NCBI RefSeq assembly: GCF_006345805.1
Contig: NC_043010.1
Location: 17,856,001 to 17,920,000, forward strand
Reading direction: 5' to 3'
From: Octopus sinensis
Taxonomy: Eukaryota
DNA length: 64,000 nucleotides
The translations under genes and the position numbers were made by a program. The stretch's first letter is position 1, and every line of letters begins with the position of its first letter. The notes under the pieces are model-generated. The model did not search any database. It was not told where the DNA came from and saw nothing but the letters and a program-made list of their open reading frames with translations. This document shows positions 25,110 through 39,473 of this stretch, piece by piece.

Positions 25110-25315
25110 AAGTTAACTTGTGTCCGAGTAAGACCATTTCCAACGTCACTAAGACCATGCAAATATATTCCGAGAATCTAAGACGTTTCTGTGCGTGAAT
25201 TTGTTTTGAGTGGACAAAATGTCGCAAAGCACAAAACCGACTTTTCAGGGCAATCACCAATGAAAACCAGTGGCACAAAAGAGGTGGAGGCGACTCGACA
25301 CCCACTGAACATTGG

Positions 25316-25700
<385 letters not shown>

Positions 25701-25738
25701 ACCAACAACATCGAAAAATACCTTAAGAATTTCCCCAA

Positions 25739-25784
25739 GATACCTGATGAAGGCTGGAGAGTACATCAGCCGAAACGTTGTGTT
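25739..25784 (+). ncRNA. Minimal type I hammerhead ribozyme (Penelope-like)
   Basis: gatac-CTGATGA-A-GGCTG(loop)CAGCC-GAAA-CG-TT-gtgtt; palindromic ACGT stem III. Confidence 0.8.
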
Positions 25785-25867
25785 AATAACAAACAAGATG
25801 AGGACAAATATCCATCAAACGTGAATAACGTAAATAATTCCTCGCCTCTTAAATATAGCACTGTATT

Positions 25868-26137
25868 GTTTGATCCTTCTCGAGCCATCCCTGGCTCATA
25901 AGGGCCGGTTTCCCGGTTTCCTTGGCGTATAGGTTTCCCACCTGGATGGGAGACTGGTCCGTCGCAGGAGGAAAGAGTGAGAGAAAGTTGTGGCGAAAGA
26001 GTCAGCAGAAGTTCGCCATTACCTTCTGCCGGAGCCGCGTGAAGCTAAGGTGATTTCACTAATAAACACACACATCGCCCGGTCTGAGATTCGAACCCGC
26101 GATCCGCTGCTCTAACCACTAGGCCATGTGCCTCCAC
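25868..26137 (-). mobile_element. tRNA-derived SINE (related to family C)
   Basis: Minus head ggaggcacatggcctagtggttagagcagcgga...gggttcgaatc. Confidence 0.75.
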
Positions 26138-26248
26138 ATAGAACTGTATGTATGTATTTATATAAATATGGACAATCTTTCAGTAAAAGTCTATGATGTA
26201 CAGAGTGAGTGCCATCGTGTTTATTCGCTCGACATGGCTGAATAGTGA

Positions 26249-26250
<2 letters not shown>

Positions 26251-26325
<75 letters not shown>

Positions 26326-26450
26326 GCACACACACACACACACACACACGCACACACACTCCTGATTGACGTCGTATTGTTACTGAAACACTGCACACAC
26401 ACACACACACACACACCACACACACACACACACATGCATACATCTATACA

Positions 26451-26482
<32 letters not shown>

Positions 26483-26701
26483 AACATACATACATACACA
26501 CACACATACATACATACATACATACAAACATACATACATACACACATACATATAAACATACATACATACACACACACATACATACATACATACATACAAA
26601 CATACATACATACACACATACATATAAACATACATACATACATGCATGCATACATACACACATACATACATACATACATACATACATACATACATACATC
26701 T

Positions 26702-26732
<31 letters not shown>

Positions 26733-27050
26733 CACACATACATACATACATACACACATACATACATACATACATACATACATACATACATACACACATA
26801 CATACATACATACATACATACATACATACATACAATACATACATACATACATACACACACACATACATACATACATACATACATACATACATACATACAT
26901 ACATACCTACACACACACATACATACATACATACATACATACATACATACATACATACATACACACATACATACATACATACATATATACATACACACAT
27001 ACATACATACATACATATATACATACACACATACATACATACATACATAC
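26251..27050. repeat. (CA)n/(CATA)n compound microsatellite
   Basis: Direct inspection. Confidence 0.98.
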
Positions 27051-27202
27051 GAGGTGGTGCTGAAAGGTTCCTGGTTTTAAGGGTGTCGTGAAAGGCCTGG
27101 CTGGAGGCCCAACTTTCCGACTTCTTTTACAGGGTTTAGGAAAAACCGAAGGACTGCTGCAATTGTGTGGCTGTGAGAGGAGAATATGTTGAATAAAATC
27201 AT

Positions 27203-27662
<460 letters not shown>

Positions 27663-29056
27663 AAAGCAAAAGACCCGTATATTTTATAAGTTTTTTTTAG
27701 TTTTTTCTTTTTTTTTTTCAGCCCTCCATAATTTTAAGCTATCGAAATTAATTTTCGCATTTAATTCAATAAATATTTATAGGCCGATCCTTGCATGACC
27801 GCTTGTGTATTCGACACGATTATTTACCTTGCAAATAAATACAAATATCGCATTCCATGCAACTACAAAATAAGAGAATAAAAAAAAAAGAAAAAGAATA
27901 CAAAAGTCTTTCTGACTTGCCACGCCCAGATAAATAATTATTCTTCAAACGATTATCATTCATAAGCCCCGCCCAACTTTATCGTTACTTTTCTCACCGT
28001 TTTCCAATATATATATATATATGTGTATATATATAAATAAATATTCTTTTATTTCTTGCCTGCTTCAAAACAGTTCAAGCATTTAAACAGCAGAAATTAA
28101 TAAACTGAGAGGGGAAAGCGGAATATTTTAAGGTAGGTGAACATATTTACGTGCTTATATAATTATTTTTCGCTCGCAGAAACATTCTCCAAACACGCCG
28201 TTTTATATTGAATGATTTACTCGCGTTTATTTTTAATTGCATATTTAGTTAGAAATACTAATGAGTTATGTTATGGAATTTTATCTGGATTTCATTGTCG
28301 GTGCCATAAATGAAGAATTTGGTTTTGTAATTAAAGTTTTAATTTTTTAATAAAAAGTAATTTAAATACCCGCGGGTGAGTGTAGGATTTACCCGAACGA
28401 AATACTTAGCAGTGTTTGTTCCAGCTGTTTATGTTCTGAGTTCAAATCGCGCCGAGGTCAACTTTATCTTTCATTCTTTCGGGGGTCGATGAAATGAAAT
28501 ATCAATCAAGTTATGGGAGTTGATGTGATTGATTTATACTTTCCCCCTAGAGTGGCTAACCCTGTGCCGAAATTTGAAACCGTTTAAGGCAACGAGCTGG
28601 CTGAATCGTATGTACGCCGGACAAAATGCTCAGGGGCATTTCATCCGTCCTTGTGTTCTCAGTTCAAATTCCGCCGAGGTCCAGTTGGTCTTTCATTCTT
28701 TCGGGATCGATAATCTACGTACCAGTTGATGACTGGGACCAATTAATCGAATCGATTTACACCCTCCCCCGAAATTGTTGTCCTTGTGCCAAAAATTTGA
28801 AATCAATTTCAAAATTAAGGTAGCGAGCTGGCAGAATCATTAGCACGCCGGATTAAATGCTTAGCGACATTTTATCCGTCTTTACGTCCTGAGTTTAAAA
28901 TTCTCAAGAGGTCGACTTTGTCTTTCATTCTTTTGGGGGTCGATGTAATCGACTTAACCCTGAAATTGCTGGCCTTGTGCCGAAATTTGAAAGCAATATC
29001 ATAATTAATCTGAGACAATAATTGAGAGTAATTAGCCACATAATTATGTGTGTGTG

Positions 29057-29087
<31 letters not shown>

Positions 29088-29291
29088 ATGTATATATATA
29101 TATGTATGTATGTATATGTATATATATATATATAATATATATATATCACCGTCACCGTCACCGTGACCGACCAGGCTATCAGATGTTGCTACACATCGCT
29201 GGTCACAATGCGCTTCGCATTGTTTTAGCTTTCAAATGACGCCACCCCGCTGACTAAGCGGGCAGGCCAATATATATAATATATATATATG

Positions 29292-29456
<165 letters not shown>

Positions 29457-29702
29457 TGTGTGTGTGTTCATGTATTTTGTGCATACTGAGAGATAGAGAG
29501 AGGTTTTTAGTCACGAGTTTAATGAACTAAGTCATGCGTTTGAAAACTAATAAATGTCTGGACAGAATGAATTTGTAAACAAAAGTTTATCAGGAATGAA
29601 GAGAGAGGGAGACGAAGAGGGTGTTAAGGTATTGGTTGTTGCAGTGTTGCAAGTTGAGTTGCTGTGTCTTATGAAATAAAATAAAATTACACACACACAC
29701 AC

Positions 29703-29927
29703 ACGAGGCGGGTGCTGAAAAGTTGGTGGCTTTAAGGGTTGTTGTAAAAGGCCTGGCTGGGGGGCCCGACCTTCCGGGTTCTTTCACAGGTTTTAGAAAA
29801 ACTGAAGGACCGCTGCAATAAGTGTGTGAATCTGAGAGGGGAAAGTGTTGAATAAAATCATGTTTAACTGATTCCCCCTCTATTTTCTTTTACCTAAAAC
29901 CAGGAACTTTTCTGTATCCCACCTCAT
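29703..29927. mobile_element. Mariner-derived MITE (partial copy at 27049-27200)
   Basis: acgagg...gtgctgaaaagtt / aacttttc...cacctcata TIRs. Confidence 0.65.
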
Positions 29928-29935
29928 ATATTTAT

Positions 29936-29980
<45 letters not shown>

Positions 29981-31075
29981 TACATACACACACACATACA
30001 TACACACACATATACATACATACATACATACATACATGCATACATACATACATACACACATACATACATATATACATACATATATACATACACACATATA
30101 TACATACATACATACATACATACATACATACATGCATACATACACACATATACATACATACATTCATACACATATACACACACACATGCATACATACATG
30201 CATACATACAGACATACATGCATACATACATACATACACACATACATACATATATACATACATATATACATACATACACACATACATACATACATACATA
30301 CATACATACATACATGCATACATACACACATATACATACATACATTCATACACATATACACACACACATGCATACATACATGCATACATACATACATACA
30401 TACATGCATACACACATACACACATACACACATACATACACACATATACATACATACACGCACGCATATATACATACATACATACATACATACACACACA
30501 TATACATACATACCCACATGCATACATGCATACATGCATACGCACATACATACATACATACATACATACATACACACATATACATACATACATTCATACA
30601 CATATACACACACACATGCATACATACATGCATACATACATACATACATGCATACACACATACACACATACACACATACATACACACATATACATACATA
30701 CACACACGCATATATACATACATACATACATACATACATACATACATACATACACATATACATACTTACACACATGCGTACATGCATACATACATACATA
30801 CATACATACATACATGCATAGATACATACATACGCACATACATACATACATACATACATACATACATACACACATATACATACATACATTCATACACATA
30901 TACACACACACATGCATACATACATGCATACATACATGCATACATGCATACGCACATACATACATACATACATGCATGCATAGATACATACATACGCACA
31001 TACATACATACATACATACATACATACATACGCACATACATATATACATACATACATACATACATACATACATAC
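29928..31075. repeat. (CATA)n satellite with higher-order units
   Basis: Direct inspection. Confidence 0.97.
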
Positions 31076-31537
31076 CTCTGTGTCTGCGTGTACATATTAA
31101 TGCTTGTTTATTTGCGAAATCATAAATAAAACCGTTTCCTTCGTAACTGAATGATTGTCTCATACTTTTCAGTTGAGTTCGTTTGTTAATTTTTATAAGG
31201 AAAAGGCAAACTGTGACTTCGAAGTCTCAGCTTGTTCGCTCGAGTCCAACTGGTTTTCTTCAGACAAATTTTCCTTATATTAGATGTTGAGGAATCGGTC
31301 AGAGATAAAAGGCGAGAGAATTCCATCGTCTCAAAGAAAGTTATAATTTTTTTATATTTCTATAGAATATTTTGTTAGGGAAACTTTCTTATTCGACGTG
31401 GTGGTCACGTGTATGGCTGTTGAGAAGGTCGCTTTGCAGCTACGTGGTTTCGGGTTCAATTACACAGCAGAGTACTCAGCGCAAGTGCCTTCAACCACCA
31501 TCCCCCCCCCACCACCATCAAAGTTTTGAACTGGGGG

Positions 31538-31720
31538 CAGGGCCAACCCTAGGTTTGCTGGCACCCCGGGCAAGCTGAACTTCGGCGCGTACAAGCTGAC
31601 GGTCATGAAAATTTCCTTGTCTTTGTCACGCCCTCCTTGACGCCCCCTAGCACGTGGCACCCCCCAGCACATGGCGCCCCGGGCGACTGCCTAAGTTGCC
31701 GGTGCCTTGAGCCGGCCCTG
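31538..31720. mobile_element. hAT-type MITE copy 2
   Basis: CAGGGCC...GGCCCTG termini, TSD ACTGG(G/A)GG. Confidence 0.8.
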
Positions 31721-31834
31721 ACTGGAGGCAGCGTTTATTGCAGTTAGTGGGTCACACCATCGGACTTAACACCCCCGCTTTGCCCTGGATACCTTGTGTG
31801 TAAACATTCGAGGACAGGTGTTTTAAGAATACCA

Positions 31835-31892
31835 TCCTCCTCGATGCTCGCAGATGGACGAAACCGTCCTGTACGCGTTCGTAGAATGCAGA
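31835..31892 (+). mobile_element. L1/Tx1-like LINE zinc-knuckle fragment
   Basis: PRCSQMDETVLYAFVEC resembles CPxC...ETxxHxFxxC. Confidence 0.45.
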
Positions 31893-32871
31893 CCTTTGGA
31901 GTTATTCTTTCTACTATACACTCAAGGTTTGAAATTTTCGGGGAGAGGACAAGTCGATTACATCGACCTCAGTGTTTCACTGGTACTTAATTTATCGACT
32001 CCGAAAGGATGAAAGGCAAAGTCGACCTCGGCAGGATTTGAACTTAGAACATAGCGACAGGCGAAATGCCTGACTGAGATATCAACATGTCTATCGCGCT
32101 TATCCCGAACGACGGGAAAGTTCTCCACTCCTCTCGGTAGCAATGCTAGGTTACGGGTACTTTCCCTCTGTGATTCACCCCCCTATCTTAGCTAAAACGA
32201 ATTCGGCTCTTGTAGAATAACTGGCGCCGTAGTTTTAGACGAAGATGTAACTGTTAGAAGATGCAGAAAGACTATTGTAAGGTGTCCTAACAAACAGTTG
32301 TTCTGTTGATCAACTTAAATACATCGGAACCATAAAACTTTCTATAAATCAGTCTAAAACGGTAAAGGTTTTGGTAAAATAACATGAAGAATTTTATACA
32401 TTGAAATAGTTTGAGTGAAAGAAAAAATTTCAAGAGTGTCGTTGTTTCAGAGATTCCTTCGGTGATTCTTCGTCTTCACTGGAACAAAAGATATAACTTG
32501 AAATTCAATCAATCCTGACCTCGATGAGATCGGAAAATATTGTAATCAATTCCTCGCTGGTTTAATTGTTCTGTCGTTCATTTTGATGATTACTTTTACT
32601 TCGCTGCGTAAACTTAATGACCGGCAATGGTCGTATGTTGGTCGATTTGAAAATGAAGTGAGGTGGGACTAGCAATTGGCTGCAAGTTCGTATGTGACTG
32701 GTAGGGCCTTCGTAACAGCATTGGAGGTCCCTGAGAAAAGCAATGCATTGGGGGCCCCTGCATATACAAGTTAAATATGCATAGATTAACACAAGCCTCT
32801 CCTAAACCTGTGGGTCCACCCACTTGGAAATGGATGCGTCACATTCAATTAAATAATAATATATAATATCA

Positions 32872-32910
<39 letters not shown>

Positions 32911-32955
32911 GCACACACACACACACACGCACGCACACACACACACACACGCACA

Positions 32956-32988
<33 letters not shown>

Positions 32989-33077
32989 GCACGCACACAC
33001 ACACGCACGCACACACACACACGCACGCACACACACCCACACACACGCACGCACACACGCACACACACCCACGCGCG

Positions 33078-33119
<42 letters not shown>

Positions 33120-33457
33120 TAAGGACGGCGACTTATTGCTGACACTCCCCTCTCGTTACAATTATTTTTGCTCAGTCATCAGAACAGGTCAGGGTAGATC
33201 AGGTCAGACCCGGGTAGATACGGGTAGATCAGAAATAACACCATCCCAACCAGGATTTGTTTTGTTTTTCTAGACTCAAAGAAAATAGTTCAAATTTTTT
33301 TCCTCTTCGCTGAACAGATGAACTTATAAGAATAACGAATTTCTTTTTTCTATATATTTGCCACAGGGGCATAGATGACGGTGACATCACAAGGGATATG
33401 TGGTGCTTATGGGTTACGTACAGGGTCAGATTAAAATCCATAGAGGCCCTAAGTACT

Positions 33458-33620
33458 CACTAACGTGGCTAGGGAGAGGTAGGGACGGGCTGCTCCGGGC
33501 GGCATTTTTCAAAGGGGCACTACATTTGGGTCTGCTGTAGGTAATATGTGTTTTTTATGGGGTCAGGGACGACAAACGGAAGCGCCGCCCCGGGCGGCAC
33601 GCACTCTAGCTACGCTAGTG
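33458..33620. mobile_element. MITE with CACTA(A/G)CGT termini
   Basis: cactaacgtggctag / ctagctacgctagtg inverted ends. Confidence 0.65.
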
Positions 33621-33682
33621 CAAGCACTTAAAAAGATTTTGGTACTCCCATATATATGTTATTCAAAATATAAACCGTAAAA

Positions 33683-34093
33683 TACTCTCTTTTACTCTTT
33701 TACTTGTTTCAGTCATTTGACTGTGGCCATGCTGGAGCACCGCCTTTAGTCGAGCAAATCGACCCCAGGACTTATTCTTTGTAAGCCCAGTACTTATTCA
33801 ATCGGTCTCTTTTGCCGAACCGCTAAGTGACGGGGACGTAAACACACCAGCATCGGTTGCCAAGCAATGCTAGGGGGACAAACACAGACACACAAACATA
33901 TATATACACACACATATATATACATATATACGACAGGCTTCTTTCAGTTTCCGCCTACCAAATCCACTCACAAGGCATTGGTCGGTCCGAGGCTATAGCA
34001 GAAGACACTTGCCCAAGATTCCACGCAGTGGGACTGAACCCGGAACCATGTGGTTGGTAAGCAAGCTACTTACCACACGGCCACTCCTGCGCC
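33683..34093 (-). mobile_element. SINE family A
   Basis: Full-length homology. Confidence 0.9.
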
Positions 34094-34447
34094 TACTCTT
34101 TTATTTTTCAAATTGAAACAAAACTCAGAGCAAAATGGAAAATTAAGTTTATTTTTGCATATTTCCACTTTATTTAGATTTGAAACATATTTTAATTGCA
34201 AAGTCTTTGATCAGATCCTTAAAACTGATCTTACCTCAAACATCTGCTTCTATACTTAAGCACAGCTAAGGCATCCATCCTGTGTTGTTTCGTAGCTGTT
34301 CTGATGCGAGTTTTAATACACAGTAATCCCTCGCCACATCGCGGTTTATTATTTAATCTTACGTCGATTCCTCCTCCGTGGTGTTGTTTTGCATTTATGA
34401 TAAAATAAATATACACAAACTATAAAAATAGTAAATATATATATATA

Positions 34448-34816
34448 GGCGCAGGAGTGGCTGTGTGTTAAGTAGCTTGCTTACCACCCACATGGTCCCG
34501 GATTCAGTCCCACTGCGTGGCACTTTGGACAACTGTCTTGTCTTGTGAGTGGATTTGGTAGATGGAAATTGAAAGAAACCTGTCGTATATGTATGTGTGT
34601 ATGTGTATGTGTGTGTGTGTACCTGTCCCCTCAACATCGCTTGACAACCGATGCTGATGTGTTTACGTCCCTGTAACTTAGCGGTTCGGCAAAAGTGACC
34701 GATAGAATAAGTACTAGGCTTAGAAAGAATAAACCCTGGGGTCGATTTGCTCGACTAAAGGCGGTGCTCCAGCATGGCCACAGTCAAATGACTGAAACAA
34801 CAAAGAGAATAAAAGA
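34448..34816 (+). mobile_element. SINE family A
   Basis: Homology, small internal deletion. Confidence 0.88.
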
Positions 34817-36283
34817 ACAGTATAGTACTGTTTCTACTTCGCGGATTTTCACTTATCGCGGGGTTTTTTTGGAGCGTAACACTGGCGATAGTCGAGGGAT
34901 TGCTGTACTTCAAATGAGAAAAACGAACAATTTGCGACCATAAGTTTTTAAAAATATACGAAAGGCAATGTCTACTCTTGAAAAGGCACAAGTATTTTAT
35001 TACCCACATATACCCCTGGTTGCGTTTTCGCAACACCTGCTCCTATGTGGACGCGAACTCGCCGGGAAGCATCTGACTGAGCCTACGAAATGCTCAGTTG
35101 CTACTCGACACCCGTAGCTGACAGTTGCATACTGTCCTTCTCTTCCAGATTGTGAAAGATTACCACAACGTTTTACCTAAATACAGTGAAATTTTAAGAC
35201 TTTATTTTTTATGGGCAAAATATGGGTTAAGTTCAGCATGACTGAATCTTGTTATTACGTTGTTGCACTGAACTTATGGTGCGCAAATGACTGAAACTAC
35301 TGGAGCACAGCTGAGACATGAGTGTTCAAGTTCTCTGGGTAAAGAAAGTAATCAGATTTTGCTAACAGTGAAAATACCTTTCGATTTTAGTCGATGATGA
35401 AGTCATTAAAATTACACGATCTGGCGTTTCATTCAGAAAAGAAAATCTCTCTGATATTATTCTAGCAAGTCTAAAGTGATTTCTTTTGTGCTGTAAACTA
35501 TTTACCATTTCTGCAGTGCCCCCACCCTCCACTGCCTTCTCTTCCCAACCAAAAGAAGGCAGCAGGACAATCTACAGGATGGGGTAGAGAGCCAGATTTG
35601 CTTTACACGTAACTCTACAAGTCACCGATGCGCATGCAGGATCGTTTCGTCGCTCTGCTCGCCTCTTGAGCCAATGTGGCAGCTGAATGCACTCCCATGC
35701 ATCTCGAGATTATCTCGAACTTAGTCAATTACCCCAGGCCAGGAGTTTCTGGAAATTATCCTCAAGCTCTGGCTTGACTGCCCTTCGGCACAAGCCAGCC
35801 AGTTGATTTTCATCGACGTTGTCGCTCTTGGCCAGCATGAATCCTTTATAGAATGCCATGGTGGAACACACACCGACCGCGCTGCCAGACTGGCAGAGGT
35901 CTGTGGGCGGTTGACACCTTGCTTCCGTCTACGCTTCATCCAGGACTGCAGCTCTGGAGCTACAGAAAAATTCATCTAACAAACAGCGACCACAATAACA
36001 TTTTTTGTCTGTTGTGGTAACAATACTGCCAGATCGCCGCCTTTGTAATAACAGTAACTGCTGCTACAACTCACATGTGACGTGCGTGGTGGCTTTGGTG
36101 AGTACGTATGCGTGTGTGAGAGCGTGTGGGAAATGAGGGCGAGTGTGTGAACGAATGATGTAATAATTAAAAGCTTTCCTGCTAACTCTTTGACATGCTT
36201 TTTGTCAGTGTGGCTGTCTGAAATAATTACATCGTCACGACCTGACACCAACGGCGACGCTATTGTTCATAACTGCTCTATAA

Positions 36284-36648
36284 TCTCTATATATAAACGG
36301 CAAAATGTCTGTGTGCGTGTCCTTTATACAAATCCACAACTTTTTAGTTAGAGGGCTCTCACTTTCTATGGTCATTCAAAACCGTCCTAGGGTGGTCGTG
36401 CAATCTTTACATTTCCCCAGTCACCCCGCAAAGCCATTAAAAAATCAATAGAAGTGACTGTTTCGTGAATTTTCTATCCAAAATCCAATCAAAATGCCCG
36501 AACCTTGATACGCCAATTGAATGCCAGCTAGCTGTATGTGATTGGTTGGAGATTTGGGCAGTACTCGCGTGTATGTGCGCACGCACGCACGCAGTTGTAT
36601 ATGCATGCACTAGCACTATGACCCGGCAACGCCGGGTCATAGTACTAG
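36284..36648 (+). mobile_element. Non-autonomous Helitron
   Basis: A|TC...CTAG|T, subterminal hairpin actatgacccggc-aac-gccgggtcatagt, no TSD. Confidence 0.85.
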
Positions 36649-37244
36649 TATTAAATATAATAGATTTATATTCTTGGAGACACTGGCTTGAAGGGTGTGT
36701 GTTGATTATGTTTGTGGTTGTTGCTTAGACTTAGGTCAGCCTTGATCGAGTAGACCCATGCTGAAAGGGGTTTCATTCTCTAGGACTATATTATCCTGCT
36801 GGATGTAATTTAAGAGAGATTTAGCTGCTATTTCTAGCGATTTGAGGTGATCTTGTCAAATAAAAGTAGAAAGAAAGACAGAAAGAACGAAGGAAAGGAA
36901 GAACGAGGCCCTCGACTTTTCATTTTATGAATTGAAAGGGTATTATTACTGCAAGGTCGAAAGCCCTCATCTTGTTTCCCCTAATTCTCATAAAAAGCTA
37001 ATGCCCCTCCCCCCTCGCCCCACGTCTGATAATTGTTCAGTTTTATTCATAATTATTTACGGCAAATGGTTAAAAACTTCACTTTGCAAGCGTGGGCCCC
37101 CGGCTTTGATCCCTCTATCTGGTACCTAGGGAGTGGGGCTCTCGCCTCGGGTCAACCCATATTTTGTGAGTGAATTTGGGTTGGCAGAAACTGTACCAAA
37201 TCTTGTCCACTGTTATTCCAAAGTTCCTGTCCAGTCTCTCTCCC

Positions 37245-37279
<35 letters not shown>

Positions 37280-37585
37280 TACATCACACATCATTCGACC
37301 AGAGAATAATATTAACGCATTAACTGCCAAATTTTTTTATTCATATTTTTTTTGGCTTTTCCAGGTGTCTTAGGAGTTAAAATAATATATAGTATTTAAA
37401 TTTTCTTCATATGTCAATTATTTTGGAAATTATAAATTTTTCGAAAAGTTCCAAATGGAGATCGCTGAAAAACAAAAGCGTATTTATCGTTTTCTATTCA
37501 ATTGCAATAAAAAAACGCTTTAGTTCTTTTGAAACTATAGTATCGAATGCGTAAGTGTATGAAATATTGATGAATGATATAGATG

Positions 37586-38369
37586 AAGGCGGCGAGCTGG
37601 CAGAACCGGTAGCACGCCCAACGAAATGCGTAGCCGTATTTAGTCTGCTGTTACGTTCTGAGTTCAAATTCCGCCGAGGTCGACTTTGCCTATCATCCTT
37701 TCGGGGTCGATAAATTAAGTACCAGTTACGCACTGGGGTCGATGTAATCGACTCAATCCGTTTGTCTATCCTTGTTTGTCCCCTCTATGTTTAGCCCCTT
37801 GTGGGTAATAAAGAAATAGGTATTTCGTCTGCCGCTACGTTCTGAGTTCAAATTCCGCCGAGGTCGACTTTGCCTTTTATCCTTTCGGGGTCGATTAAAT
37901 AAGTAGCAGTTATGCACTGGGGTCGATGTTATCGACTTAATCCGTTTGTCTGTCCTTGTTTGTCCCCTCTATGTTAGCCCCTTGTGGGTAATAAAGAAAT
38001 AGGTATTTCGTCTGCCGCTACGTTCTGAGTTCAAATTCCGCCGAGGTCGACTTTGCCTTTTATCCTTTCGGGGTCGATTAAATAAGTAGCAGTTATGCAC
38101 TGGGGTCGATGTTATCGACTTAATCCGTTTGTCTGTCCTTGTTTGTCCCCTCTATGTTTAGCCTCTTGTGGGTAGTAAAGAAATAGGTATTTCGTCTGCC
38201 GTTACGTTCTGAGTTCAAATTCCGCCGAGGTCAACTTTGCCTTTCATCCTTTCGGGGTCGATTAAATAAGTAGCAGTAACGCACTGGGGTCGATGTAATC
38301 GACTTAATTTGTCTGTCTGTCCTTGTTTGTCCCCTCTATGTTTAGCCCCTTGTGCGCAGTAAAGAAACA
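37586..38369 (+). mobile_element. SINE family B tetrameric array
   Basis: Head plus 4 bodies; TSD GATATAGATG. Confidence 0.9.
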
Positions 38370-38680
38370 GATATAGATGGTGGTAGTGGTGGGTGTTTTC
38401 AGAACAGTCAATATTTTTGTAGTTCAAAAATTGCAAGTTATGACATAAAATGTCCTTTAGATTTAGCCAGAGCTAATAATGACAAACTTTAACTACTAAT
38501 TATTATTAAACACACCTCTGCAAACGCAATGTTCATAAGCAATTCACTTTAAATACAACGAACACACGGCAGTAAGACTGTTTTTAGGTTGATTCAATGA
38601 AGAGGTTATTCGATTGATTGAACAACTGAATCCTCATCGAAGAACGACGGAGATCCCTACCTCCAACCACGAAATAAGAA

Positions 38681-39035
38681 TCTCTATATATATAAACGGC
38701 AAAATGTCTGTCTGTGTGCGTGTCCTTTATACAAATCCACAATTTTTCAGTTAGAGGGCTCACACTTTCTATGGTCATTCAAAACCATCCAAGGGTGGTC
38801 GTACACATCTTTACATTTCCCCAGTCACCCCGCAAAGCCATTAAAAAATCAATAGAAGTGACTTTTTTGTGAATTTTCTATCCAAAACCCAATCAAAATG
38901 CCCGAAACTTGATACGCCAATTGAATGCCAGCTAGCTGTATGTGATTGGTCGGAGATTTGGACAGTACTCGCGTGTATGTGCGCACGCATGCAGCTGTAT
39001 ATGCATGCACTAGCACTATGACCCGGCGTTGCTAG
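38681..39035 (+). mobile_element. Non-autonomous Helitron, copy 2
   Basis: Near-identical to 36284-36648; A|TC...CTAG|T. Confidence 0.85.
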
Positions 39036-39436
39036 TTAAGAGAATAAAATACATTTTCTTCTTCATCACATAATTATAGAAAATAAATGGTGGCCGTCAT
39101 TCACGAGCGAATATGACATGTTAGTTTGTACCACGCTTTGGCTAATTGTTTTAGGTGTCTTTGGAGTCACAGACAGACATGGACGCCCTATCGACTCCCC
39201 CATCATTTGACCCAGCGGCACATCTAAGATATGACAGTGGGAGGGAGACAAAAGTACGTCTGTACTGGGCTGCAACTCATTTTTAGTTTAAAAGTCGGAA
39301 GAAGCGTGGAATGACGTGTCTTGCTCAAGGACAGTATGTACCATTCGGTGCAGGAATTGAACCGACGACCTTCTAATTACGAGTCTAACATCTAACCATT
39401 TCCTGTAGCAAACATATGTGGCCATTAAATGTATAA

Positions 39437-39473
<37 letters not shown>

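Noticed and set aside
35560-36250. Possible gag remnant with PBS-like TGGTGTCAGG on the minus strand
   Set aside because: Frames interrupted, no diagnostic motif or adjoining LTR identifiable
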